A stretch of 48,760 bases of DNA from Cytophagaceae bacterium (GTDB taxonomy: Bacteria; Bacteroidota; Bacteroidia; Cytophagales; Flexibacteraceae): the NCBI GenBank assembly GCA_947464365.1, contig CANHWS010000001.1, positions 1 through 48,760 on the forward strand. The letters run 5' to 3'. Positions 16,648 to 26,297 of the stretch are shown here, in pieces. Both the position numbers and the translations under genes were made by a program. The stretch's first letter is position 1; each line of letters starts with the position of its first letter. The notes beneath the pieces were generated by a model that saw only the letters and a list, made by a program, of their open reading frames with translations, ran no database searches and was not told where the DNA came from.

Positions 16648-17748
16648 CTAGTCAGTAGTATTCTCAAGCTCATAGAGCTGGTGGAAGACCACACAAACAG
16701 CTATAGACCAATACCATGGGTGGAGCCAAGCACCTGCACCAAGCAACAGCCAAGTCCCGGCATGGAACAATAGCACCCAAACGGCCCATAGTGGCCACCA
16801 TCGCTTGCTGAACATCAGCCAAGGGCTTAGCAGCTGGCCCAGCAGTCCGACCATCGCCAGGATGGTAAACACTGCGGGGAACTTGCCCAAGGCCTGCCCA
16901 AGCACTGTCCCGTGGTTAAGCAGGTAGGGATTGGCCTCAGCGGCCCACGACAGGCCAGTGCTTAGGAGTTTTTCGACACCAGCTAGGCCATATGTGGCTG
17001 CGATCAATACCATCACTAATCGCAAGTATTGAACTGGGTCCTTGGTGCAGATCACAACTAGCATCAGCCAGTTGAGGGTCGCATAGGTGTGGTCGATCTT
17101 GCCCCAGCTATAGAGCCAGGCCTGCCCAATCATCCAGGTCAGGAATACCAGCCTGCCAAGCCAGACCCACTCCCAAATCAACCAGAGGATAAGCCCAACA
17201 ATACCAAATGCGGCGATTAGGAACATATTCGCCGCATTTGGTGCGGTGATTAGACCCGGAATCCAGCCAACGAGGCGCAATGGTTGGTACCAACCTCCCA
17301 AAGGTTGCCTCAGCCACAGGTCCGAAATAATGTCATAACCAAACCAGAGGTAAGCAAACGAGGCCACCCACCGTAGGAACAAGACGTAAAAACTGGCAAC
17401 ATCCTGTGCGGCAAATAGCCACACCACAACCAACCTTCTGTTGACCAATAGTTGCTGTCCGACAAGGACTGCAATGCCCAGTCTGACGATCACCTGATCA
17501 GCCTTCGTAACAAAAAAGTCAGGCCCCAATCTATGTAGCTCAACAGGCAGCCTAGGGTAAAGGCTAAGAACTAAATGTTGCCACCAGCTCAACACTTGGT
17601 CCAATCCGCCAACAAGCCCAAGACCACCAACAAGCCAGTCCTGCACCGCTGTCCGACCAATAACAAGCCAAATGGTCAGCAATAGCCCCCAGACAAGAGC
17701 ACATACCATCAGGGACGGCAAGCCAAGCTTGTAGGTTGACTTAGTCAT
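16648..17748 (-). CDS. Polytopic Trp-rich integral membrane protein, unknown function (possibly HTTM-like)
   Basis: About 9-10 hydrophobic segments and very high W/L content. GKIDHTYATLNWLMLVV is vaguely HTTM-like. The ATG overlaps the stop of the upstream gene by 8 nt (ATGACTAA). Confidence 0.7.
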   Translation of the reverse strand: MTKSTYKLGLPSLMVCALVWGLLLTIWLVIGRTAVQDWLVGGLGLVGGLDQVLSWWQHLVLSLYPRLPVELHRLGPDFFVTKADQVIVRLGIAVLVGQQLLVNRRLVVVWLFAAQDVASFYVLFLRWVASFAYLWFGYDIISDLWLRQPLGGWYQPLRLVGWIPGLITAPNAANMFLIAAFGIVGLILWLIWEWVWLGRLVFLTWMIGQAWLYSWGKIDHTYATLNWLMLVVICTKDPVQYLRLVMVLIAATYGLAGVEKLLSTGLSWAAEANPYLLNHGTVLGQALGKFPAVFTILAMVGLLGQLLSPWLMFSKRWWPLWAVWVLLFHAGTWLLLGAGAWLHPWYWSIAVCVVFHQLYELENTTD

Positions 17749-18142
17749 GATCAGAAGGGCTAGAGAAGGTTTGGCCTAAGCTATATTCTGCAACGACACT
17801 GGTGCTATCACCCTGAATGCGGAGGAGTTGCCAAGGAGCCAAATTAGCTTTTCCAGTATCAGCCGTGGCTAGGTCTTGCAATAGTTTCTTAGCCTTTTGG
17901 GTGTAGTACGCCCTTCGGCATAGGGACAGCATTCCGCCCTTACTAAAGCCGAAAGTTGTAGGGTCGAGCTCCTGAGTGCCATGTAAGACCACCCAATGTT
18001 CGTCCGCCATCGGCCCCTTGGCAGACTGGGAAAACATCCCCATCCTGAACATAGGCCAAAGATCCTGTTGCAACACAAATGGCAGCCCAAACCACCCCAA
18101 AAGCAGCACAACTATCCCTATTTTCGGCCAACTAGCATTCAT
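17741..18142 (-). CDS. Small membrane-anchored hypothetical protein (133 aa)
   Basis: The ATG at 18142 gives MNASWPKIGIVVLLLGWFGLPFVLQQDLWPMFRMGMFS (one N-terminal TM helix). The track start at 18205 is a TTG. The gene is translationally coupled to the downstream one. Confidence 0.6.
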   Translation of the reverse strand: MNASWPKIGIVVLLLGWFGLPFVLQQDLWPMFRMGMFSQSAKGPMADEHWVVLHGTQELDPTTFGFSKGGMLSLCRRAYYTQKAKKLLQDLATADTGKANLAPWQLLRIQGDSTSVVAEYSLGQTFSSPSDHD

Positions 18143-18234
18143 TTTTTGAGACCTTGAAAACAAAGGGATAAGACAGTATATTTGTAGGGCAAGAAAGTAC
18201 ACCAACAGCCAATAACCAAAACTTGCCAGAGACT

Positions 18235-19230
18235 ATGTACGGAGGCGGAAATTCATTTGAAGGGCCAGCGAAAAATGAGCTAGTTGAGCAGGAAAACCCT
18301 GCCCTCTTGGCCGCATTTGAGGCCCGCATTGCGGCTAACGAAAAGATCGAACCAACAGATTGGATGCCGGCCTTGTATCGCAACCAGCTGATCCGGATGA
18401 TCGAGCAACATGCCCACTCTGAGATCATCGGTGCCCTTCCCGAAGGCACCTGGATCACCCGTGCGCCAGGCTTCAAACGCAAACTTGCCCTAATGGCTAA
18501 GGTGCAAGACGAAGTTGGCCATGCACAACTTTTGTACAGTGCCGCCGAAACCCTTGGCAAAAGCCGTGAGGACATGATCGCTGACCTGATCAATGGCAAA
18601 AGCAAGTACAGCAATATTTTCAACTATCCTGCCTTTACTTGGGCAGACAGCACTATCATCAGCTGGTTGGTTGATGCGGGTGCTATCGTGAACCAGTTGG
18701 CCAACTCGCGTGGCAGCTACGGCCCGTACGTCCGTGCGCTAGAGCGTATTTGTGTTGAAGAATCGTTCCACCTTAAGTACGGTCATGATGCTGTCGTGAC
18801 CCTTGCGACAGGCTCCCCTATACAACGTGCAATGGTGCAGGACGCCCTCAACCGTTGGTGGACACCGCTGATGCACTTTTTCGGCCCGCCAGATAAGATG
18901 AGTGTACATACCGAAATCTTGGTCCGTTGGAAGGTCAAAATGTCCACCAATGACGAGTGCCGTCAGCAGTTCTTGGATATGTATGTACCTAAGATCTGGG
19001 ACCTAGGCCTCACCGTGCCAGACCCTAACCTCCGCAAAGATCCTGAAACTGGGCAGTGGCTTTACACTGAGCCTGATTGGGCTGAGTTCAAACGTGTCAT
19101 CAATGGCGATGGCCCTTGCAATAAGGAGCGCCTAGCCGTCCGCCGCAAGGCTGAAACCCGTGGTGCTTGGGTCCGCGAGGCCCTCAAAGCCAGCGAAACT
19201 GCCCATGTACGGGTTAGGCCGTTTGCTTAA
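18235..19230 (+). CDS. paaA: PaaA-like ferritin-fold di-iron oxygenase subunit (1,2-phenylacetyl-CoA epoxidase subunit A family)
   Basis: [29 protein letters not shown] and [14 protein letters not shown] provide the two E..H di-iron motifs. The length and overall pattern are typical of PaaA. Confidence 0.85.
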   Translation: MYGGGNSFEGPAKNELVEQENPALLAAFEARIAANEKIEPTDWMPALYRNQLIRMIEQHAHSEIIGALPEGTWITRAPGFKRKLALMAKVQDEVGHAQLLYSAAETLGKSREDMIADLINGKSKYSNIFNYPAFTWADSTIISWLVDAGAIVNQLANSRGSYGPYVRALERICVEESFHLKYGHDAVVTLATGSPIQRAMVQDALNRWWTPLMHFFGPPDKMSVHTEILVRWKVKMSTNDECRQQFLDMYVPKIWDLGLTVPDPNLRKDPETGQWLYTEPDWAEFKRVINGDGPCNKERLAVRRKAETRGAWVREALKASETAHVRVRPFA

Positions 19231-19360
19231 TCTATGATCAGATTATGTATCACTAACACAACGTCACTCAGAAATGGGTGGCGTTGCTGTTTTACAGCCC
19301 CACCCTACACCCTCAAAATCCCGCCAAACCACCTATCTTGCAAGCCAAATTGTCATCAAA

Positions 19361-21634
19361 ATGCGCTTCAGAATAAGGATTAGATTATTAGTCGTTGTGG
19401 TTGTTACTTGCTTTTCCATCAGCCTAGCAATAGGCCAAAAGCTGAGCAGACAACCTACCAAATCCCCCAAGGTCCCCAAAGCTAGCACGAGCACAGTTCT
19501 TACCATGCGCCCATCAGCCTTGGTTGACCCGATGATCGGCACCGATGTGGGCAATACGTTTGTAGGAGCCGCGCTACCCTTCAGTTTGGCCAAACCTGGG
19601 CCTGACGTCCTACCACCCTACAACACCACTGGTTACTCAGCCAACGGCCTAATCGAAGGCTTTAGCCACACCCACCTCAGCGGAACTGGCGGAGGTGGTC
19701 GGTATGGTAACATCATGCTGACACCATTGGTTGGCGGGCCTACCCTCAAGGCCCGAGCAGGGGTCCGGACCAGCGAGGTGGCCAAAGCTGGTTACTATGC
19801 CGTCACCCTAGGCCGTAAACCCGGTGATGTCCGGACCGAAGTCACCCTTACTGAAAAGACTGGTTGGCACCGTTACCGATTCTTTACCTGGGATAAAAGG
19901 CCAACCCTTGAGGCAACCGTCATGATCGATCCAACACACGTGATCTCCCGCCGTCGTGATAGCCTCGACTCTCGTTGCCTTCGTGCTAGCATCCAGGTAG
20001 AGGAAGACGGTTCCATAGTTGGGCAAGGCAGCTTCGCAGGTGGATGGGGAGGTCAGAATCCTTATACGGTTTACTTCTATATCCTACCAAACATAAAGCC
20101 GATCGCTACTGGTGCTTGGCAAGAGGATAGTGTATTTACAGAGGTTTCAACCCAAGCCAAAGGACGATCTTGTGGCATATATCTGAAGTACAACTTCCAC
20201 CAGCAACAAGAGCTACTGATGAAGGTGGGTATCTCGATGCGGTCAGTGGCAGATGCCAAGGCCAATCTGGAGGCCCAACAAGGATGGGATTTTGACCAAA
20301 CCAGAGCACTAGCTGCAGATGTTTGGGACAAACAACTTGGCAAGATCAAGATCGCAGGTGGCGTTCCTGAGCAGCAGGTGCAGTTCTACACCAACCTATA
20401 CCATACGTTCTTGATGCCGCATAACCACACTGGTCAAAGCCCCGAGTACGAAACAACCGAGCCTACATTCTGGGATCATTATTGTCTCTGGGATGTACAT
20501 CGGTCAGTGATGCCCCTGCATACCCTGATCGCTCCCAAACTCCAACGAGATATTATCAAGAGCCTATTGCAGGTGGGCAAATACACGGGATGGCTGCCAG
20601 ATGCTTGGGTCGCCGGTGGGCACGGGCAACAACAAGGCGGCACCAATGCCGACATCGTAATGACAGATGCCGTACTAAAGGGACTGATTCCGACCTCGGA
20701 CAAGGCCACCTGTGACAGCATCTGGAAGTATTGTTATCGCAATGCCACCCAACAGACCGATAGGCCTGGCGTATATGGCAGGCACACTGCATTGCTAGAT
20801 AAATATGGCTACCTCCCAGCCGATGTCAAATGTGGCTCCTCAATCACAGCAGAGGTGGCCTACAACGACTTTTGCCTTAGTCTGCTAGCCACCAAGCTGG
20901 GCAAAACCAAGGAGGCCACCACCTTACTTGCCAACAGCCAACGCGTCTGGAATCTCTGGAAAGCCGACACTGGCTACCTTTGGGCCAAAGACCGCAGTGG
21001 TAATTGGGCACCCAATTTTAGCAGGGTCAATACCCGCCTAGATAGTTGGAACGGCCCCCACTTTTATGAGGCATCCTGCTGGGCCTACAGCTTTTACATG
21101 CCGCACGACGTCCCAGGCCTGATCAGCCGCCGTGGGGGCAATGCGAAGTTTATCGAGTGGCTAGATCGGTTTGTGGATGGGGGTGATTTTGAGCTGGAGA
21201 ATGAGCCCGTCTTCCTAGTGCCCTACCTGTATAACTATGCTGGCCGGCCTGACAAAACAGCAGTTAGGGTCCATCATCTACTACAATATGAGTTCACCGC
21301 CTCACGCAAAGGCCTCCCCGGGCAGGACGATAGTGGCGCAATCAGCAGCTGGTATGTATGGTCCAGCATGGGCCTGATGCCAGTGGCTGGCCAAGACCTA
21401 TACCTGATCGGCAGCCCTCTATGGCAAACAACAACCATTGAGTTGGAAGGCAAAAAAACGCTAGAGATCGAGGCCAGCAATTATGGCCCATCAAATATCT
21501 ACATCCAGTCAGCCAGCCTCAATGGCCAGCCGATCAGCAAACCATTTATCACCCATACCCAGATTAGCAAAGGTGGCAAACTCATCTTTGTGATGGGTGC
21601 CCAACCAAGCAAATGGGGCCAAAAGGTCGACTAG
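19361..21634 (+). CDS. Glycoside hydrolase family 92 (alpha-mannosidase)
   Basis: VDPMIGTD, GFSHTHLSGTGGGGRYGN and GQDDSGAISSWYVWSSMGLMPV are GH92 hallmark segments. A signal peptide follows the ATG at 19361 (MRFRIRIRLLVVVVVTCFSISLAIGQ). Confidence 0.92.
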   Translation: MRFRIRIRLLVVVVVTCFSISLAIGQKLSRQPTKSPKVPKASTSTVLTMRPSALVDPMIGTDVGNTFVGAALPFSLAKPGPDVLPPYNTTGYSANGLIEGFSHTHLSGTGGGGRYGNIMLTPLVGGPTLKARAGVRTSEVAKAGYYAVTLGRKPGDVRTEVTLTEKTGWHRYRFFTWDKRPTLEATVMIDPTHVISRRRDSLDSRCLRASIQVEEDGSIVGQGSFAGGWGGQNPYTVYFYILPNIKPIATGAWQEDSVFTEVSTQAKGRSCGIYLKYNFHQQQELLMKVGISMRSVADAKANLEAQQGWDFDQTRALAADVWDKQLGKIKIAGGVPEQQVQFYTNLYHTFLMPHNHTGQSPEYETTEPTFWDHYCLWDVHRSVMPLHTLIAPKLQRDIIKSLLQVGKYTGWLPDAWVAGGHGQQQGGTNADIVMTDAVLKGLIPTSDKATCDSIWKYCYRNATQQTDRPGVYGRHTALLDKYGYLPADVKCGSSITAEVAYNDFCLSLLATKLGKTKEATTLLANSQRVWNLWKADTGYLWAKDRSGNWAPNFSRVNTRLDSWNGPHFYEASCWAYSFYMPHDVPGLISRRGGNAKFIEWLDRFVDGGDFELENEPVFLVPYLYNYAGRPDKTAVRVHHLLQYEFTASRKGLPGQDDSGAISSWYVWSSMGLMPVAGQDLYLIGSPLWQTTTIELEGKKTLEIEASNYGPSNIYIQSASLNGQPISKPFITHTQISKGGKLIFVMGAQPSKWGQKVD

Positions 21635-21784
21635 GCTAGGGCTCGGTCAAGACCTCCTAGTTTTAGCCAATCTTACCTATATTTATGGCCATCTGGGCGA
21701 GGAGATCAGAAGCCCCCTAGCTGAAAAGACTACCAGCATACCTGCCAATGGCATCATCATTGGTCACGACACCGAACAACCATT

Positions 21785-23788
21785 ATGACAACGACTAGAG
21801 CCCCCTACACCAGATTTTGTTTGATTTTGCTTGCCGTTTTGGGCATGTCGTGGCCGGCCCTAGGGCAAGGATCGGCACCATGGGCAAGTCCTAAGGATAT
21901 CCCAATTATCAACCGAGTGTGTAAAGGCAATGGGGCATCCTTGTTGCACAAAAGGTCTGCCGCTGCGGTCAATGCAGTCAACTACCCACGGGGATACTAT
22001 AATTATTACGTCCAGCACTATAACCTCCAGATCGAGCCTGATTTTACTACAAGCTCCATCACAGGGCGGACGGATATCCATTTTAGGCCAACCGGCCCGC
22101 TAGATACTTTGGTATTTGACTTGTCAAGTGCATTGCGAATCGATAGCATTAAGTTTCATGGTCAGGTGCTACCATTTAGCCGCACCTCTGATCAGTTGGT
22201 ACTTGTACCACTAGGCTCGGCACCCTTGCCACAAGATACCCTGTCGATCTGGTATGGTGGTGTCCCCAACGGAACTGGCTTAGGTACTGTGAGCTTTTCT
22301 AGCCATAGCACAGGCATCGTTTTCGCCACCTTATCAGAGCCTTATGGCGCACGCGACTGGTGGGCCACTCGGCAAGACTACAACCAAAAAATTGATAGCA
22401 TCGATGTGTATATCACGACACGTAGGTCTGGATACAAAGGTATTTCCAACGGCGTTTTGCAGGATACCACAACCGTCGGCAATGCGCGCATTTGGCACTG
22501 GAAACATAAATATCCCATCGTAAACTATCTGGTGGCGGTGGCCGTTAGCAACTATCAAGTCAGGAAAGACACCGTCAACCTGCAGGGTGGACTAATGAAT
22601 CTGGAGGACTTTTATTTCCCCCAAAATCGGCTGTCATGGATGCGAGATGCGCCAGTGGTCAAGGCCCAATTGCGCAACTTTGAGCGCATCTGGACTCCCT
22701 ACCCCTTTCAGCGTGAAAAATATGGCCATACCCAGTTCACCTTTGGTGGTGGGCAGGAGCACCAAACCAACTCTTTCATGGCAGACCTTGGCTTTGACCT
22801 GATGGCGCATGAATTGGCCCACCAATGGTTTGGCGACCTTGTCACCTGCAAGGGAATGCGCGAAATCTGGCTCAATGAAGGCTTTGCGAGCTATAACGAA
22901 TACCTAACTGACGAGGGCCTCAACCCAAGTGGCTTGGCCTCATGGCGGCAACAGGCAGTAGCGGCGGCCATCGGAGCACCCAATGGACGTATCTACAAAT
23001 TCGACACAGCAAACGTCTGGGGTATATTTGACTATGCTACAACGTACCAAAAGCCTGGCATCCTGCTGCACCAACTGCGCAAAACCATAGGTGATACCGC
23101 CTTCTTCAAAGGGATCCGGAACTATCTGAACGACCCAATCGTTAGGTATAACCTGGCCCGCACAGGGGACCTTGAGCGCAATATCTCAGCCGCAGCTGGC
23201 CGGTCAATGGCTGCTTTTTTTGATGCTTGGATCTACCAGCCTGGCTTCCCGAATTATACCCTGACCAATGTTGTACTGGCTGGAGACACACTAAAGTTTA
23301 CCATCAACCAAAGCCCAAGTAGTGCTGCTGCGACCGCCTTTTTCCCTGGTGCAGTCCCTTTTACATTTGGCAATGGATTAACAGCTGACACAACCGTCTA
23401 TATCAACCATACCGTTCAGGGCCAACAGGTCAAGATCAGAAGTCGGTTTGTGCCAACCACTGTCCGCGTCAATGCCACTAGCGAGGCCATTACGTCCAGC
23501 AGGCGCTTTAATGTCACCCCAGTCACCAGTTTAAGCCAGCATAATTTAGCAGCTGCTAACCTTTCGGTTTGGCCCAACCCTGCTGTTGATCAAGTTTATA
23601 TTGCCATACCTGGCCAAACGGAGTTTACAGGCAAGGTTCAGGTCCGTGATCTATCAGGACGGACCGTATTGCAACGTGACCTAATTGGTGGCCAGGCACT
23701 TGACCTGAGTAAGTTAAGCTCTGGCATGTATCAGATCCGATTGGTTACTGCTAGTGGAACATGGCAGACAACGGTAAGCAAACAATAG
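21785..23788 (+). CDS. M1-family zinc metallopeptidase with T9SS C-terminal sorting domain
   Basis: HELAHQWFGDLVTCKGMREIWLNEGFASY supplies HExxH-18-E. Signal peptide present. The C-terminus (LSVWPNPAVDQVYIAIPG...GMYQIRLVTASGTWQTTVSKQ) fits the T9SS CTD. Confidence 0.9.
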   Translation: MTTTRAPYTRFCLILLAVLGMSWPALGQGSAPWASPKDIPIINRVCKGNGASLLHKRSAAAVNAVNYPRGYYNYYVQHYNLQIEPDFTTSSITGRTDIHFRPTGPLDTLVFDLSSALRIDSIKFHGQVLPFSRTSDQLVLVPLGSAPLPQDTLSIWYGGVPNGTGLGTVSFSSHSTGIVFATLSEPYGARDWWATRQDYNQKIDSIDVYITTRRSGYKGISNGVLQDTTTVGNARIWHWKHKYPIVNYLVAVAVSNYQVRKDTVNLQGGLMNLEDFYFPQNRLSWMRDAPVVKAQLRNFERIWTPYPFQREKYGHTQFTFGGGQEHQTNSFMADLGFDLMAHELAHQWFGDLVTCKGMREIWLNEGFASYNEYLTDEGLNPSGLASWRQQAVAAAIGAPNGRIYKFDTANVWGIFDYATTYQKPGILLHQLRKTIGDTAFFKGIRNYLNDPIVRYNLARTGDLERNISAAAGRSMAAFFDAWIYQPGFPNYTLTNVVLAGDTLKFTINQSPSSAAATAFFPGAVPFTFGNGLTADTTVYINHTVQGQQVKIRSRFVPTTVRVNATSEAITSSRRFNVTPVTSLSQHNLAAANLSVWPNPAVDQVYIAIPGQTEFTGKVQVRDLSGRTVLQRDLIGGQALDLSKLSSGMYQIRLVTASGTWQTTVSKQ

Positions 23789-23830
23789 GTGTCCACCCCC
23801 TACGTCTGGATTGCAAATAATAATCACTGG

Positions 23831-24880
23831 ATGTTCAACTACACAAATGGTGGAAGTGCGGTCATAGGCCAAATAATCCGCCTTGTAGTCCCAACTTTCT
23901 TGGCATGGGGCATCTCTTCTGGTGTTACAGGCCAACAAATTGACAGTAGACGCTTAAGTAAAATTACATTTATCCCCCCCACCAATTGGGATTACAATCA
24001 TGTTGGCAACCCATCTGTCCTGACTGCCAACAGAATTATTAACGGCCATTTTCGCAAGATCCCTGATAGCCTTACCCTACCCCAACTGACGGTCAAGGTG
24101 GCAAAGCAACTACTAGGCAAACCTTATGCTAAAGGCAAACTTATTGGGGTGGATGTCAACGAAAAACCTATCCTTTGCCTTAATCAGCTAGATTGTTATA
24201 CCCTAGTGGACAATGCTATAGCCCTGGCCATTGGCATGATGCGCTGGCAACAACAAGTTGATAGTTGCGTCAAAAAAGGGGAAGTGCCTCCACTCAATTG
24301 GGTCAATGGGACTGGATGGGAATTCATATCTGCCCTTGAAGACATCAGATATAGGGGAGGCAGCTACACTGATTTTAGCAGCAGGCTACACTACGCCCGT
24401 GACCTTATAGCAGACAACGAAAAGCGTGGTACCTGGGTCAATATTACCCGGCTTTGGCCCAATGACACCCTAAAGCCCCAGCCTAAGTACCGGGTGATTG
24501 GTCGGCAGGCGGACAAAGAAAGTAAAGCCAATATGCTCCGGATCGAGGATAGCCTTAGGCAACTGCCCTTTACCTATATCCCTTCTCGCTTAGCTGAAGT
24601 GGTCCTTCCTGACCTAATGGAAGGCGACATCATCGGCATTGTACCCGCTAATAACGCAGAGGTCGAGATCAGCCATGTTGGTTTTGCAGTCCGCCACAAA
24701 GGGGATTGGTACCTCCTGCATGCTAGTAGCCAATACCAGAAAGTCCTCATCGGACCGAGCACTTTACTTGCTTACCTAAACCGCAAATCAGTCAAGGGCT
24801 TTTGTGTGATAAGGCTGCCAGATACGGTGCCAACCTATACTCCTGATGAACTAATTTACCTCAATAGCACTGAAAAATGA
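23831..24880 (+). CDS. DUF1460 (AmiA-like / NlpC-like fold) domain protein
   Basis: LLGKPYAKGKLIG...LCLNQLDCYTLVDNAIALAI and EGDIIGIV...ISHVGFAV...WYLLHASS match the DUF1460 pattern as I remember it. The start is uncertain: GTG at 23789 (directly after the upstream stop) or ATG at 23831. Confidence 0.8.
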   Translation: MFNYTNGGSAVIGQIIRLVVPTFLAWGISSGVTGQQIDSRRLSKITFIPPTNWDYNHVGNPSVLTANRIINGHFRKIPDSLTLPQLTVKVAKQLLGKPYAKGKLIGVDVNEKPILCLNQLDCYTLVDNAIALAIGMMRWQQQVDSCVKKGEVPPLNWVNGTGWEFISALEDIRYRGGSYTDFSSRLHYARDLIADNEKRGTWVNITRLWPNDTLKPQPKYRVIGRQADKESKANMLRIEDSLRQLPFTYIPSRLAEVVLPDLMEGDIIGIVPANNAEVEISHVGFAVRHKGDWYLLHASSQYQKVLIGPSTLLAYLNRKSVKGFCVIRLPDTVPTYTPDELIYLNSTEK

Positions 24881-25069
24881 GGCAAAAATGGACTGGCAAA
24901 AAACTGGCAAACTAACTATTGGCCTATTGCAGGCCTGGAGTGTGAAATAGTTTGGCGGAAATAGTATTTTGCATGCGCTATTTCCTTCTCCTAGGTGCTC
25001 TGGCAACCTGCAGCTGGTTTATGGCCTACAAAAACGCTTTCAGAAACACAGACTATCACCATCAATCTT

Positions 25070-26203
25070 ATGTCACACTCACGTCGCAACTTTTTGCGTC
25101 AAGGGGCAATGGCCACTGCAGGGCTAGCTGGGCTGCCATTGATTGCCGATGCATTTAACGGTAGCCAATCCTTTGTTGGGCAAGATCGTCAGGCCTTGAT
25201 CCTAGGTACCGAAAAGCCAGCCATCGCACCAGATGCCAACCAACAAGCTTGGATGGATCTCGGCTTCGGGATGTTCATCCATTATGGAATCAATACCTAC
25301 TACGATAAAGAGTGGAGCGATGGCACACTTGACAAAATCAAGGTCAACCCCAGCAAACTTGATGCCGAGCAGTGGGTCCTGACAGCCAAAGCCGCTGGCA
25401 TGAAATACCTCGTGATGGTAACAAAACACCACGATGGTTTCTGCAATTTTAAGACTGCCCACACCAAGTATTCCATCCAATATACGCCCTACAAAAAGGA
25501 CATCGTCGAGCAAGTAGCCAATGCTTGTGCCAAACATGGCCTCAAACTTGGGCTATACTACAGCCTCTGGGACCGCAACAATCCACTTCACGACAAGGAC
25601 GAACAACGCTATGTAACCTACATGCAGGCTCAGCTAAAGGAGCTGCTAACTCGGTATGGCAGCATTTGCGAACTTTGGTTTGACGGCATGTGGAAAAAAC
25701 AAAAAACGGGCTGGCAGAACAAGGACACCAACAAGAGTAATTCCGAGGTGTTTATGCAAGCCTGGCGCAATGAAGGTGCATACAGGTGGCAGATGGACTA
25801 CATCTACCAATACATTAAGTCGGTGCAGCCCAACTGTCTGGTCATGAACAATAGCACCACTGCCTTCCCTGGTATCCCGTTATTCCCGTGTGATATCCGT
25901 TGTGGTGAGAAGGCCACTGGCACTGCCGAGGACGTCAAAGTCTGGAACTGGCTCGGCGAAGACCGCTACCTGCCTTTGCAAATAGAGACTACCATGAGCC
26001 AAAAAGGCCCCAAAGGTGACTTCGAAAGTGGTTCGTGGTTCTGGCATGACTGGGATCACTCGGTTGCCTCGCATGACCAGATTAATGGCTGGCTCAAGAC
26101 AGCAAAAAACCTCAATGCCAACCTGCTGCTTAACTGCTCACCTTCTCCCCTAGGGCAATTGCGCCCAGAGGACGAAAAGACCTTAAAAACACTCCGAGGT
26201 TAA
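25070..26203 (+). CDS. Glycoside hydrolase family 29 alpha-L-fucosidase with Tat signal
   Basis: Twin-arginine signal MSHSRRNFLRQGAMATAGLAGLPLIADA. GH29 segments FGMFIHYGINTY, KYLVMVTKHHDGFCNF and ICELWFDG. Confidence 0.9.
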   Translation: MSHSRRNFLRQGAMATAGLAGLPLIADAFNGSQSFVGQDRQALILGTEKPAIAPDANQQAWMDLGFGMFIHYGINTYYDKEWSDGTLDKIKVNPSKLDAEQWVLTAKAAGMKYLVMVTKHHDGFCNFKTAHTKYSIQYTPYKKDIVEQVANACAKHGLKLGLYYSLWDRNNPLHDKDEQRYVTYMQAQLKELLTRYGSICELWFDGMWKKQKTGWQNKDTNKSNSEVFMQAWRNEGAYRWQMDYIYQYIKSVQPNCLVMNNSTTAFPGIPLFPCDIRCGEKATGTAEDVKVWNWLGEDRYLPLQIETTMSQKGPKGDFESGSWFWHDWDHSVASHDQINGWLKTAKNLNANLLLNCSPSPLGQLRPEDEKTLKTLRG

Positions 26204-26297
26204 TTATCTTGCATCCGCTATGGCCGAGCTCCTCCTAATCAATTTGATTACTGGGGCAAAGTCCCAGCCTAGTACCTTGACGCTTTAGCACCAGATT

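Noticed and set aside
18132-18623. 163-aa minus-strand ORF overlapping the PaaA-like gene
   Set aside because: It is antisense to a CDS with clear di-iron motifs, its sequence is Ser/Ala/Arg-rich and shadow-like, and it overlaps the small membrane-protein gene (17741-18142) by only its last 11 nt, in a different frame.
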